From Candidatus Falkowbacteria bacterium (GTDB taxonomy: Bacteria > Patescibacteriota > Patescibacteriia > UBA11705 > JABHMO01), in the NCBI GenBank assembly GCA_018674305.1, contig JABHAL010000004.1:64446-128445 (forward strand): 64,000 bases of DNA, read 5' to 3'. The notes below the pieces were generated by a model. The model did not search any database. It was not told the DNA's origin and saw only the letters and a list, made by a program, of their open reading frames with translations. Every line of letters starts with the position of its first letter. Position 1 is the stretch's first letter. The translations under genes and the position numbers were made by a program. Of this stretch, positions 1-9,706 are shown in pieces.

Positions 1-1
1 T

Positions 2-355
2 TTGCTTTACGCTGACAACATCACTGGTTCAATTAAACGTGCAGTAAAAGAAACCAAACGTCGCCGAAACAAACAATTATCCTACAACAAAAAACATGGT
101 ATCACCCCCAAGACAATTCAAAAAGCTATTCAAAATATACTTGAAGAATTCGGACTTACAGTGAAGAAAAAAACCAAGAAAGAAAAAAAACAATTACAGG
201 AAACTCTGGCTATTGACTTGCAAGGAGACGATCGACCAATTAAACAAATCATTAAAGATAAAGAAACGCAAATGAAAGAAGCTGCTCAAAAACTGGAATT
301 TGAATTGGCCGCTGTACTTCGCGACGAAATTCGACTATTGAAAATGAAAATATAA
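2..355 (+). CDS. uvrB: Excinuclease ABC subunit B, C-terminal fragment (5' end lies outside the window); it ends with a UVR domain
   Basis: The translation ADNITGS...RRRNKQLSYNKKHGITPKTI...LEFELAAVLRDEIRLLK matches the conserved UvrB C-terminus and UVR motif. It lies directly upstream of uvrA and uvrC. Confidence 0.8.
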   Translation: MLYADNITGSIKRAVKETKRRRNKQLSYNKKHGITPKTIQKAIQNILEEFGLTVKKKTKKEKKQLQETLAIDLQGDDRPIKQIIKDKETQMKEAAQKLEFELAAVLRDEIRLLKMKI

Positions 356-686
356 AAAAAGCGCCCAAGTCCTTAACTTGAGCGCATGTGAGAAATTTCC
401 CTTAAGTGTACCCCGAGGGATACGGCGATGTGGCGACTTCTCTGATCCACCGATCAACCATCTTCCCGCCTTTGTATACGGGATGCTCGATCCTACCTGC
501 CTTTGGCAAGCGTAATCGAAAGAATTGGCCAACCAATAAACCGAGAAGAAGAAAAAGAAATCTAATCAATCTCTCCTCCACTGTTATATATTATATACAA
601 CTGAAAATTATAGCATAAAGAAAAATAGTTGTCAACCGTCACAAGTGCTAATAATGTAATTTTAGCAACAAAACGACTAAAATGTT

Positions 687-715
687 TTGACAAAAAGGAA
701 CAGCTCTTCTATACT
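687..715 (+). promoter_or_regulatory. Sigma-70-type promoter, TTGACA-N17-TATACT
   Basis: TTGACA at 687-692 and TATACT at 710-715, with an exact 17-nt spacer. It sits in a long intergenic region and is followed by an AT-rich discriminator. Confidence 0.5.
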
Positions 716-721
716 AATAAC

Positions 722-881
722 GGGTCTGTTACCGAATGCAAGTTCGTAACGAAATTTTCAAATATTATGATAGAATCTTCAAAAATTTTTGAGGTAATAT
801 GGTAATATTAGCGAGAAGATTTTTGGAGATTATAGCCAAAATTTGAAAATTGCAGTAGAAGCTGCATTCGGTAACAGACCC
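722..881 (+). ncRNA. Candidate structured RNA or small inverted-repeat element. 19-bp perfect terminal inverted repeats (722-740 and 863-881) enclose an AT-rich 122-bp core with internal palindromes
   Basis: gggtctgttaccgaatgca and tgcattcggtaacagaccc are exact reverse complements. The element begins 7 nt after a consensus -10 and is followed by the hairpin CCCCCT..AGGGGG before the rlmN ATG. Confidence 0.3.
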
Positions 882-937
882 ATAACAATAAATTTAACCT
901 ACCCCCCTGCCAAAGCAGAATAGGGGGCTTTTAGCTT

Positions 938-1930
938 ATGCTCTATCAATTACCTGAAAACCTAAATCATTTACCTAATTTCAGAAAAAAACAAATTCAT
1001 CATGCAATTTGGGGTGATTATATTTCTGAATGGTCAGACGCTACTACCCTACCCAAGGACCTTTTGAAGGAACTGGAACAAAGTTTACCTATAAACATTG
1101 CCGGTGAAAATTTTCATTCCACTGATCAACAAACTTGCAAAACAGTTATTGAACTTGAAGACGAAAAAAAGATTGAAACCGTACTGATGCAACACAAGGA
1201 CGATCGTAATACAATCTGCCTATCCACTCAAGTCGGTTGCGTAATGAACTGTTCATACTGCGCCACGGGCCAAATGGGATTTTCAAGAAATCTAACAGCG
1301 GACGAAATCATCATGCAAATTTTGTTTTGGGCAAGATACTTAAAAAAATCAAAAAGAAAAATCACCAATGTTGTTTTTATGGGGATGGGTGAACCATTCT
1401 TAAACTATGACAATGTAATGAAATCTATTTCAATAATCAACAGCCCCGACTTTTTCAATATCGGAGCACGTAGAATTTCTATTTCAACCTGCGGTATTAC
1501 TGAAGGAATTAAAAAATTAGCTAATCAGCCACTGCAGATAAACCTGGCCATCTCGTTGCATGCGCCTAACGACAAAGTTCGCAATCAAATAATGACTATT
1601 AACAAAAAGTATTCTGTTAACAAAATCATGGTAGCCGTCGATCAATATGTTACTAAGACTAACCGAAAAGTAATGTTTGAATATTTATTATTAAAAGATG
1701 TTAATGATAAACCAGAACATGCTCGAGAACTTGCCACACTTCTTGATAACCACTTATACATGGTTAACCTGGTAAAATACAATCCAAGTAATAGCGCATT
1801 CTCGCCAACTCCAATTAATAAATTCCAAAAATTTAAATCTATTTTGCAAGTGGCAGGCATTAATGTAACTGAACGTCACAGCTTTGGACAAGATATTAAT
1901 GCAGCGTGCGGTCAACTAGCTAATAAGTAA
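938..1930 (+). CDS. rlmN: 23S rRNA (adenine2503-C2)-methyltransferase, radical SAM (RlmN/Cfr family)
   Basis: Contains the CSYCATGQ radical-SAM cysteine triad plus GMGEP, RISISTCG, LAISLHA and a C-terminal ACGQL, all typical of RlmN. Confidence 0.85.
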   Translation: MLYQLPENLNHLPNFRKKQIHHAIWGDYISEWSDATTLPKDLLKELEQSLPINIAGENFHSTDQQTCKTVIELEDEKKIETVLMQHKDDRNTICLSTQVGCVMNCSYCATGQMGFSRNLTADEIIMQILFWARYLKKSKRKITNVVFMGMGEPFLNYDNVMKSISIINSPDFFNIGARRISISTCGITEGIKKLANQPLQINLAISLHAPNDKVRNQIMTINKKYSVNKIMVAVDQYVTKTNRKVMFEYLLLKDVNDKPEHARELATLLDNHLYMVNLVKYNPSNSAFSPTPINKFQKFKSILQVAGINVTERHSFGQDINAACGQLANK

Positions 1931-1952
1931 GTACAATCAGAAATCAATTCAC

Positions 1953-4544
1953 ATGGAAACCAAAATCACAATCAAGGGTGCACGTGAACATAATCTGAGA
2001 AATGTTAACTTGGAAATTCCTCGTAACAAAATGATTGTATTCACCGGTATTTCTGGTTCGGGAAAATCCAGCCTGGCTTTTGATACGATTTTCGCTGAAG
2101 GCCAACGCCGATATCTGGAAAGTTTATCTTCTTACGCGCGCCAATTTCTAGGTGGTATGAATAAACCGGACGTAAACGAAATATCAGGGCTATCTCCAGC
2201 TATTTCTATAGATCAAAAAGCTCATAGTTCCAATCCTCGCTCAACCGTGGCAACAATCACGGAAGTTTATGATTATTTAAGAATTCTATATGCAAAAATC
2301 GGACAACCCTATTGTCCTTTGTGTCAGACGCCACTAGAAAAAGTCACTACTGATGAAATTAACGACCACTTGATTGAACGACTTAAAAATACTAAAGAAG
2401 AAAAGAACAAAACAACAACTTTATCGATACTTTCACCAATTGTTCGCGGTCGCAAAGGAGAATATCACCAATTACTTTATGATATTTATAACAACGGTTT
2501 TGTTGAGGCTCGTATTGACGGAAAATTTAAATCGCTTAAGAATAGAGTTGTATTAACCAAAAATAAAAAGCATACTATTGAAATTGTAATCGATAAAATC
2601 ACCCTTATTAATCCAGACACGATTGAACAAAGTCCTTCTGTTTTGCAAAGGATTGCTGAAGCAGTGGAAAATGCAGCTGAACTATCCGATGGTCTTTGTA
2701 CCGTTATTTATCCAAACAGTGAAGAAAAAATATTCAGCACAGACTATTCTTGTCCGCATGATGGTTATAGTTTTCCAGAAATCGAGCCCCGTCTTTTTAG
2801 TTTTAATAGTCCTTATGGATATTGTAACTATTGTACAGGCCTTGGCACAAAAGAATTATTCAGCGAAGAAGTGTGTCCTAAGTGCGAGGGCAAGCGTCTA
2901 AACGAAAATGCCCTAAGCGTAAAAATCAACAAAAAAAACATTTGCCAAACAACCGACCTCAATATACGAGAAGCATTGGAATTTATTATCTTACTAGAAA
3001 AAAAACTCACCGCTAAACAACTCGAAATTGCAGGAGTTATTATCGGAGAGGTGAGAACCCGTTTACAGTTTATGCTTGATGTCGGCTTGCACTATTTAAC
3101 TTTAAACCGGCGTGGCGGAACACTTTCTGGTGGTGAAGCGCAACGCATTCGCCTAGCATCTCAGGTCAGCACCAAACTGGTTGGAGCACTTTATATCTTA
3201 GATGAACCAACTATTGGTTTACATCAAAAAGATAACGATCAACTAATTTCAACACTGAGAAATCTGTGCGATACTGGCAATACTATTATAATTGTTGAAC
3301 ATGATGAAAACACAATCTTGACCAGTGACTGGCTGGTTGATATTGGTCCAGCTGCTGGAGTGCACGGCGGTAAAATTGTCTACAACGGCCCCTTAAATAA
3401 TATTCTTGATTCAAAACAGGCTTTACCGAAAATAGCACTCGATTGTCAAACTCAAGGTTCCGCAAAAGATTCTTTAACAGGTCAATATTTAAGAAACGAA
3501 AAATCAATTTCACTACCAGAGCGCCGGCGAAAAGTTGATAAAAAAACTCCCGTCATAAAAATTACTGGGGCCAAAGAACATAATCTAAAAAACATCAAGG
3601 TAGAAATTCCCCTTCGCCGTTTAATTTGTTTGACCGGTGTATCCGGATCAGGTAAGTCAACCTTAATGCACGACACTTTGTATCGTGCTATTCAAAACAA
3701 GAAATTCCGCATGAATAAATGGGTTGGTAAACACAAATCTGTAACAGGAATCGAGAGTATTGATAAAGTTATCAAAATCAACCAAGCACCAATCGGCCGT
3801 ACCCCTAGATCAAACCCTGCAACTTACACCAAAGCGTTTGATTATATTCGTGATATTTTTGCTTCAACTCAAGAAGCTCGTATTCGCGGTTATAACGTTG
3901 GTCGCTTCAGTTTTAATAAGCCCGGCGGACGTTGCGAAAACTGTGAAGGTCGTGGTCACTTGCAAATAGAAATGCATTTTCTACCCAGCGTAGAAGTTAT
4001 TTGTGATATATGTAAAGGCAAACGTTACAACAAAGAAACTTTGCAAGTTCATTACAAAGGAAAAAACATTTCCGATGTTCTGAGTATGACGATTGAAGAA
4101 TCAAAAGTTTTTTTCCGTGACGTACCTTTTATTTACGACAAACTAAAGGTTCTTAGTGAAGTTGGTCTTGACTACCTAACACTTGGCCAGTCAGCCACCA
4201 CCCTCTCGGGTGGTGAAGCCCAACGGATTAAACTAAGTCGAGAATTAGCAAAAAGAAATACAACCAATACTTTATATTTAATGGACGAGCCTACCGTTGG
4301 ACTGCATTATGATGATGTCAAAAAACTTCTTGATGTCATTCAACGATTAGTTTCACAAGGAAACACAGCCATGATAATTGAACATAATCTCGACATCATC
4401 AAATGCGCTGACTGGCTGATTGACCTTGGACCTGAAGGTGGTGATGGTGGTGGCGAAGTTGTAAAAGTTGGCACCCCAGAGGAAGTTGCTAGATATGGAC
4501 CAAGCTGGACCGGACAATACTTAAAACGAATATTAAAATCTTGA
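1953..4544 (+). CDS. uvrA: Excinuclease ABC subunit A
   Basis: 863 aa starting [49 protein letters not shown]. It has two ABC ATPase modules (LSGGEAQRI occurs twice) and zinc-finger cysteine clusters. Confidence 0.95.
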   Translation: METKITIKGAREHNLRNVNLEIPRNKMIVFTGISGSGKSSLAFDTIFAEGQRRYLESLSSYARQFLGGMNKPDVNEISGLSPAISIDQKAHSSNPRSTVATITEVYDYLRILYAKIGQPYCPLCQTPLEKVTTDEINDHLIERLKNTKEEKNKTTTLSILSPIVRGRKGEYHQLLYDIYNNGFVEARIDGKFKSLKNRVVLTKNKKHTIEIVIDKITLINPDTIEQSPSVLQRIAEAVENAAELSDGLCTVIYPNSEEKIFSTDYSCPHDGYSFPEIEPRLFSFNSPYGYCNYCTGLGTKELFSEEVCPKCEGKRLNENALSVKINKKNICQTTDLNIREALEFIILLEKKLTAKQLEIAGVIIGEVRTRLQFMLDVGLHYLTLNRRGGTLSGGEAQRIRLASQVSTKLVGALYILDEPTIGLHQKDNDQLISTLRNLCDTGNTIIIVEHDENTILTSDWLVDIGPAAGVHGGKIVYNGPLNNILDSKQALPKIALDCQTQGSAKDSLTGQYLRNEKSISLPERRRKVDKKTPVIKITGAKEHNLKNIKVEIPLRRLICLTGVSGSGKSTLMHDTLYRAIQNKKFRMNKWVGKHKSVTGIESIDKVIKINQAPIGRTPRSNPATYTKAFDYIRDIFASTQEARIRGYNVGRFSFNKPGGRCENCEGRGHLQIEMHFLPSVEVICDICKGKRYNKETLQVHYKGKNISDVLSMTIEESKVFFRDVPFIYDKLKVLSEVGLDYLTLGQSATTLSGGEAQRIKLSRELAKRNTTNTLYLMDEPTVGLHYDDVKKLLDVIQRLVSQGNTAMIIEHNLDIIKCADWLIDLGPEGGDGGGEVVKVGTPEEVARYGPSWTGQYLKRILKS

Positions 4545-4547
4545 AAC

Positions 4548-5798
4548 ATGCCCAACTTAAAACAAAAACTCACCAAAGCACCAACCAAACCTGGTATATA
4601 CCTTTTTTATAATAAACAAAGGGCTCTTATTTATGTTGGCAAAGCCACAAACCTAAAATCACGGATTCGCAGTTACTTTACTGGACAAAAATCACCTAGA
4701 CCAATTGAAACTTTTATTCACGAAGTTTCCAACATTAAGTGGGTCGTAACAGACTCAGTTTTGGAAGCCATTATTTTCGAAGCCAATTACATAAAAAAAC
4801 ATCAACCGAAATACAACGTCCTTGGCAAAGATGACAAGAGCTGGAATTATTTATATTTAACTAAAGATTATTTTCCCATTTTAAAATCTATTCGTGCTCA
4901 TGAAATTACTAATTACCAAAAATTATGGGGTCCTTTTCCAGGTTTAAATACCAAGGAAGCACTCAAACTTTTGCGTAAGCTTTTTAACTATTCTGATTGT
5001 AAACCAAATCAAGACAAACCTTGCTTTTATAATCAAATCGAACAATGTCTTGGGGTTTGCACTGGTGAAATTACTGCTCAGAAATACAAACAAAAAGTTA
5101 TCCGCCCACTAATGGCCTTTCTTTCTGGCAAAAAAGATCAAGTAATAAAAGATCTCAAAAAAAACATGAAAGTTGCGAGTAAAGAAGAAGAATATGAAGA
5201 AGCAGCTCGCCTACGCGACCAAATCAATAACTTGAAAAAAATTCAAGATGTTGCCCTGCTTAGTGATTCTTTATTCAAAACTACCCGAATTTCTAATTTC
5301 AAGTTTCGAATTTCTAGAATCGAAGGTTATGATATCTCTAACCTTGGCTCAACTGGCAAAGTTGGAAGTTTAGTTACCTTTCTCCACGGAGCACCAAGTA
5401 AAAAAGATTACAAAAAATTCAAAATAAAAACTGTTAAGGGCCAAAGTGATGTTGATTGTCTGGCTGAAGTTTTGAATCGAAGATTGAAGCACTCCGACTG
5501 GCCTCTGCCAGACTTAATTCTTGTCGACGGCGGTAAGCCACAAATATCTACAGCAATTAAGATACTTCAAAAAAGCAAAAAAGAAGAAAAGCAAGAAAGA
5601 AAAAAAATTAACACACAAAAACAAATCCCAATCGTAGGAATTGCCAAAGGAAAAGATCGTAAAAAAAATCAGTTTTTCATTTCTGACAAATCAATTGAAT
5701 CCTGGATCAAAGAAAACAAAAAACTTTTAATTCAAGTTCGCGATGAAGCACATCGCTTTGCGATTAAATATCAAAGGCAACTTAGGAAAATAAAGTAA
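4548..5798 (+). CDS. uvrC: Excinuclease ABC subunit C, compact 416-aa form. It has GIY-YIG, UVR and RNase H-like endonuclease regions but no C-terminal (HhH)2 region
   Basis: GIYLFYNKQRALIYVGKATNLKSRIRSYF is the GIY-YIG motif and EEYEEAARLRDQINNLKK is the UVR domain. RIEGYDISNLG...LILVDGGKPQ...IRDEAHRFAIKYQR matches the UvrC endonuclease domain. The start lies 4 nt after the uvrA stop. Confidence 0.85.
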   Translation: MPNLKQKLTKAPTKPGIYLFYNKQRALIYVGKATNLKSRIRSYFTGQKSPRPIETFIHEVSNIKWVVTDSVLEAIIFEANYIKKHQPKYNVLGKDDKSWNYLYLTKDYFPILKSIRAHEITNYQKLWGPFPGLNTKEALKLLRKLFNYSDCKPNQDKPCFYNQIEQCLGVCTGEITAQKYKQKVIRPLMAFLSGKKDQVIKDLKKNMKVASKEEEYEEAARLRDQINNLKKIQDVALLSDSLFKTTRISNFKFRISRIEGYDISNLGSTGKVGSLVTFLHGAPSKKDYKKFKIKTVKGQSDVDCLAEVLNRRLKHSDWPLPDLILVDGGKPQISTAIKILQKSKKEEKQERKKINTQKQIPIVGIAKGKDRKKNQFFISDKSIESWIKENKKLLIQVRDEAHRFAIKYQRQLRKIK

Positions 5799-5833
5799 AA
5801 AAAGAAACGCGACATGGTCGCGTTTTTCGTTTG
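5798..5833. terminator. Bidirectional rho-independent terminator between uvrC (+) and the 5836..6096 gene (-)
   Basis: The palindrome aaacgcgac-atg-gtcgcgttt is flanked by an A-run and a T-run. Confidence 0.6.
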
Positions 5834-5835
5834 TC

Positions 5836-6096
5836 TTAATGTTCTTCTTCGTTCAGCAACTGGTATTTAATAACCACCGTGATTGCAAAAACCACATTCA
5901 CATTTGTAGTGTGGCTACTACCAGCACCAGCTCCGGCGCCTACTGTTCGCCACTCAATATCATCGTTGTCATAGAAAATTTTACCTTCATTTTCACTGAG
6001 CCACGCCTCCAATTCTTGATTAAGTTGGCTTACTGCTGAACTATGAGAAACCGCTTCATCAGTACAACTAAAAATCTTTACTCGATACCTTTCCAT
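5836..6096 (-). CDS. Hypothetical 86-aa protein
   Basis: GGAGGTGAT ribosome-binding site immediately upstream of the ATG. A TTGACA-N17-TAATAT promoter lies on the minus strand at ~6140-6170. No family recognised. Confidence 0.5.
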   Translation of the reverse strand: MERYRVKIFSCTDEAVSHSSAVSQLNQELEAWLSENEGKIFYDNDDIEWRTVGAGAGAGSSHTTNVNVVFAITVVIKYQLLNEEEH

Positions 6097-6218
6097 ATAT
6101 CACCTCCGAGTTATTAAACCTAAAACCTACGCGATATGTTATATTACTAAAATTATCTTAATTTGTCAACCCCAATCAAAAAACCGAGCTATCCAGCTCG
6201 GTCTTTTCAATATCTCGT

Positions 6219-7010
6219 TTATATAACTCTACTATAGATTTTCAACTTTTTAGTGGTTGCTTTGTAAAGTTGAGCTGGCCGACCAACTTCACTGGTCACC
6301 TTATCTAATGGCTCAACCATAGCCAGAGACAAAATCTTTTTACGGAAATTCCGCTTGTCAATTTTATCTTTGTAAACCGCTTCATAAGCTTTTTGCAATT
6401 CGGTTAGAGTAAATTCTGATTGCATCATGGTAGCGGCTACATTAGTATATTCAAATTTCCATTTCAAGCGTTGCCATGCATACAAAAGAATTTCTTCATG
6501 CGATTTTCCAAAAGAAAGTTCCGGCAAATCAGTTATTGGAAACCAACGCGCCTCACGTGCATCATCAGAAGCACTAAGTTTAATTTTCTCCGGCTCACTT
6601 ACTAGCACCATGTACGCTACCGCAATTACTCTTGTTCGTGGATCACGTTTAACTTCACCAAAAGTATAAAGCTGTTCCAAGTAATTTGATTTTGATAAAC
6701 CAGTTTCTTCATTTAACTCACGCAAAGCAGCTTCTTCCAAACTTTCATCTTCCCGCACAAAACCACCCGGGATTGCCCATTTACCAACGCCTGGACCAAA
6801 ACGACGTTTAACCAAAAGTACATTTAACTTATTTTTTATTAATGAAAAAACCACAATATCAGCGGCAACTAAAAGTTTCCAGCCTTCTGTGGCTTTTTTG
6901 AAATCAAAAGCTTTTTTATTAGTCATAGATTTACGGATTACGGATTTATACGGATATACGGAGACACAAGACTCTCTAGTTTTAAACCTCATGTAAATCT
7001 GTACATCCAT
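6219..7010 (-). CDS. Nudix hydrolase fused to a C-terminal winged-helix-like domain (NrtR-like Nudix-related regulator architecture). The true start is probably the internal Met at ~6926
   Basis: Nudix box GGFVREDESLEEAALRELNEETG, followed by a ~90-aa C-terminal domain resembling the NrtR DNA-binding domain. A terminator hairpin lies at 6176-6208. Confidence 0.7.
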   Translation of the reverse strand: MDVQIYMRFKTRESCVSVYPYKSVIRKSMTNKKAFDFKKATEGWKLLVAADIVVFSLIKNKLNVLLVKRRFGPGVGKWAIPGGFVREDESLEEAALRELNEETGLSKSNYLEQLYTFGEVKRDPRTRVIAVAYMVLVSEPEKIKLSASDDAREARWFPITDLPELSFGKSHEEILLYAWQRLKWKFEYTNVAATMMQSEFTLTELQKAYEAVYKDKIDKRNFRKKILSLAMVEPLDKVTSEVGRPAQLYKATTKKLKIYSRVI

Positions 7011-7103
7011 ATCAATCTGTAATCCTTACACAGTATAGCACATTAGTGTCAATTAAACAAAAAAGAGTAGTGATACGAGGATCACTACTCTCTTTTTTGA
7101 ATC

Positions 7104-7823
7104 TCACTTGCGAGCAACTTGCTCAGGCTTTTCCCAGTCCCAGATGAAGTGGCGACCCATCTCCGAATAAATTAGGAAATGAGCTTGGTAATGCGCGGCT
7201 CCGTACAGATCCTTGTTGCCTGCCAGATACTTTTCATGCAGACATTTCATGTAACCTTTAGCAGCACAACTTCTGTACTTACCATTGTACTTGACCAGAG
7301 CCCAACGCCAGTTCTTCTTCGCTCCATACTTCTTGAGAACCTCTACCGCACACCAAGCGTTGATCACCGGGTCACGTAGAGCTTCTACTCGAGTGATGCC
7401 ACAGATTGCCTCAGCCGTTCCCGGCATGATTTGGAACAATCCTTGAGCACCTTTGAAGCTTTCTTCATCTGGATCAGCTCCGCTCTCCACAAACATCAGG
7501 AAAACGAATCGACCCAGACCGGCCTCATTAAAAATGGTAATGATTTCATCCCTAGCATTCTTGGGAATCTTCAGCCAGTTTCTCAAAAGACCATTTACAT
7601 TGGAATAGCCCAACTTGCCAATCACGTCCTTCACCAATACATGAGGATAAATTACATCATCCCAATCATACTGGCGATACACCTTTGCTCGCAGAACTTT
7701 TACCTGTTTGTTAGAAACGATCTCCATTTTAGTTTCGGCTGCAGCTTGACCCAGGTCAGTCAGACTACAAACAATCAAGATTGCCATTGCGAAAAGGGCT
7801 GTTTTCTTCATGATTTCCTCCAA
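7104..7823 (-). CDS. Secreted lytic transglycosylase (SLT domain)
   Basis: N-terminal signal peptide, then the SLT motif ESGADPDEESFKGAQGLFQIMPGTA. A terminator lies at 7058-7098. Confidence 0.75.
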   Translation of the reverse strand: MEEIMKKTALFAMAILIVCSLTDLGQAAAETKMEIVSNKQVKVLRAKVYRQYDWDDVIYPHVLVKDVIGKLGYSNVNGLLRNWLKIPKNARDEIITIFNEAGLGRFVFLMFVESGADPDEESFKGAQGLFQIMPGTAEAICGITRVEALRDPVINAWCAVEVLKKYGAKKNWRWALVKYNGKYRSCAAKGYMKCLHEKYLAGNKDLYGAAHYQAHFLIYSEMGRHFIWDWEKPEQVARK

Positions 7824-7854
7824 AGAAGTTTAGCCTCCTCGCCTTGCGGTAAAC

Positions 7855-7883
7855 GTAGTATAGCACGAATATTAGATAATGTC
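7855..7883 (-). promoter_or_regulatory. Promoter for the lytic transglycosylase gene, TTGACA-N17-TATACT on the minus strand
   Basis: The reverse complement reads TTGACAttatctaatattcgtgcTATACT. It is divergent from the GNAT gene promoter. Confidence 0.4.
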
Positions 7884-7928
7884 AATGGCGAATTGCACTA
7901 AATTAACCAATTTTAGCTAAAATTACTA

Positions 7929-7957
7929 TTGACAATTTTCACTATATTTGCTACAAT
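7929..7957 (+). promoter_or_regulatory. Promoter, TTGACA-N17-TACAAT
   Basis: TTGACA at 7929-7934 and TACAAT at 7952-7957, about 45 nt upstream of the GNAT start. Confidence 0.45.
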
Positions 7958-8003
7958 GCTCAGTTATCGGATATTTACAATATTAAACATACTGGAGGCG
8001 TAT

Positions 8004-8519
8004 ATGTCTATTAAACTTTGGCCAACCGGACTTGAAGATGTTGAGAAAATAATGACCTGGGTAAATGACCCAGAAGTCACCGCCTACTTTGCCACTATGG
8101 GAAACATTACCAAAGAGCAGGAAATTGCTTATTTGAGTACAATGTTGGCTAGTAAAAACGATCGCTTGTTCAGCATTTTTGTAGACGACGATTATGCTGG
8201 GCAATGCTCAATCAATCAGATTCACTGGCCTTCTCAAACTGGTAGAATCTTCTTGGTCTTAACCAAAAAATTCCAAGGTCGCGGACTAGCTGCCAAAGTG
8301 ATTGCGGAGCTCCTCCGGGTTGCCTTTGAGGATTTAAAGCTAAACAAAATTTGGCTGATCGTCAGGGAACACAACGAGCGTGGCCGGTACCTTTACAAAC
8401 GGTGCGGTTTTGAGACAGAGGGTCTTTTGCGAGAAGAGTACAAAGTCAACGACAACTTTGTAAACATGGTCCGTATGTCAATCTTGGCCAAAGAGTACCA
8501 CCTATGGTACAAAGACTAA
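8004..8519 (+). CDS. GNAT-family N-acetyltransferase (RimJ/RimL-like)
   Basis: GNAT core FQGRGLAAKVIAELLRVAFEDLKLNKIWLIV...YKRCGFETEG. The start was chosen at the ATG at 8004, which has a GGAGG ribosome-binding site. The ORF track instead starts at 7929. Confidence 0.75.
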   Translation: MSIKLWPTGLEDVEKIMTWVNDPEVTAYFATMGNITKEQEIAYLSTMLASKNDRLFSIFVDDDYAGQCSINQIHWPSQTGRIFLVLTKKFQGRGLAAKVIAELLRVAFEDLKLNKIWLIVREHNERGRYLYKRCGFETEGLLREEYKVNDNFVNMVRMSILAKEYHLWYKD

Positions 8520-8620
8520 TAATCACAGCCGCTTTGAATATAATTCAAGGCGGTTTTTGTTTTCCTGAAAGTATGCTAAAATAGTTAAAACAAAACTAAT
8601 CTTGAAATTAAAATTTTCTT

Positions 8621-9652
8621 ATGCAATACCTACAATTAATAATCATAATCGTCGGTTTCGCCGTCATAACTTATTTCATTGTAAGGCCTAAAGAGCCTGA
8701 GGAAAAAAAAGATGATCAATCCATGATCATGATGCAGAATCAACTCAAAGAAATCCGCCAGTCTCTATCCAGTCAACAAACTGAAATCCAAAAAACAATG
8801 CAAGGTCAATTTTCCGAAAGCGCAAAAGTTATTAGAAATGTGACCGAGAGATTAACAAAGTTGGATGACACGAATAAACAGGTTATTGGATTTACAGAAC
8901 AGCTACAAAGTCTCGAAAAGATTTTAACTAATTCAAAGACACGTGGTGCACTTGGCGAAGCTAATTTGGAATTGATTTTAAATAATATTCTTCCACCTCA
9001 AGCGTTTCAGATGCAATATCGATTCCGAAACAATGAATCGGTAGACGCAATTGTGAGGATAAAAGACAAAATATTACCGATCGATGCAAAATTCTCATTA
9101 ACCAACTACCAGCGCATAGTCGACGAAGATAACCCAGAAAGAAAATTAGTGCTAGAAAAAGAATTTAAAAATGACCTAAAGAAAAGAATTGACGAAACCT
9201 CAAAATATATTCGCCCAGAAGAAAACACCCTTGAATTTGCGTTCATGTTTATCCCCGCTGAAGGGATTTATTACGATTTACTGGTTAATGAAGTTGGCGC
9301 CGTAAAAGTGAATACACGCAGCTTGATTGACTATGCCTTTAATGAAAAAAGGGTCATAATAGTTTCCCCAACAACCTTTGCTGCATACTTACAAACTGTA
9401 CTTCAGGGATTACGAGCTCTACAAATTGAAGAATCTGCCAAGGAAATACGGCAGAATGTAGAAAAGCTTCAAAAACATCTTGCAGCCTACGAAGATTATC
9501 ATCGAAAAGTCGGATCTCACTTAGGAACAGTAATCAATGCCTGGAACTATGGAGACAAGGAATTAAAAAAGATTGATAAAGATGTTTTGAAAATAACCGG
9601 CACGCCAAGTAACTTCGAGCCCACCCCATTAGATCGCCCAAAAACTGATTAA
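8621..9652 (+). CDS. rmuC: DNA recombination protein RmuC
   Basis: N-terminal transmembrane helix, a long coiled coil, then the conserved block ILPIDAKFSLTNY...FMFIPAEGIY characteristic of RmuC. Confidence 0.7.
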   Translation: MQYLQLIIIIVGFAVITYFIVRPKEPEEKKDDQSMIMMQNQLKEIRQSLSSQQTEIQKTMQGQFSESAKVIRNVTERLTKLDDTNKQVIGFTEQLQSLEKILTNSKTRGALGEANLELILNNILPPQAFQMQYRFRNNESVDAIVRIKDKILPIDAKFSLTNYQRIVDEDNPERKLVLEKEFKNDLKKRIDETSKYIRPEENTLEFAFMFIPAEGIYYDLLVNEVGAVKVNTRSLIDYAFNEKRVIIVSPTTFAAYLQTVLQGLRALQIEESAKEIRQNVEKLQKHLAAYEDYHRKVGSHLGTVINAWNYGDKELKKIDKDVLKITGTPSNFEPTPLDRPKTD

Positions 9653-9665
9653 TACTTCCGCAAAA

Positions 9666-9706
9666 TAAAAAAGCCGTCCCTGATGTTACTTGGGACGGTT
9701 TTGTGT
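9666..9706. terminator. Bidirectional terminator
   Basis: aaaaaagccgtccc-tgatgttactt-gggacggttttgtg. Confidence 0.6.

Noticed and set aside
2374-4588. Several 60-92-aa ORFs inside or antisense to uvrA (2374..2556, 2623..2901, 2828..3010, 3286..3513, 3482..3676, 3760..3969, 4340..4588)
   Set aside because: All are nested within the well-supported uvrA reading frame. Their compositions are typical of out-of-frame translation of an AT-rich gene.
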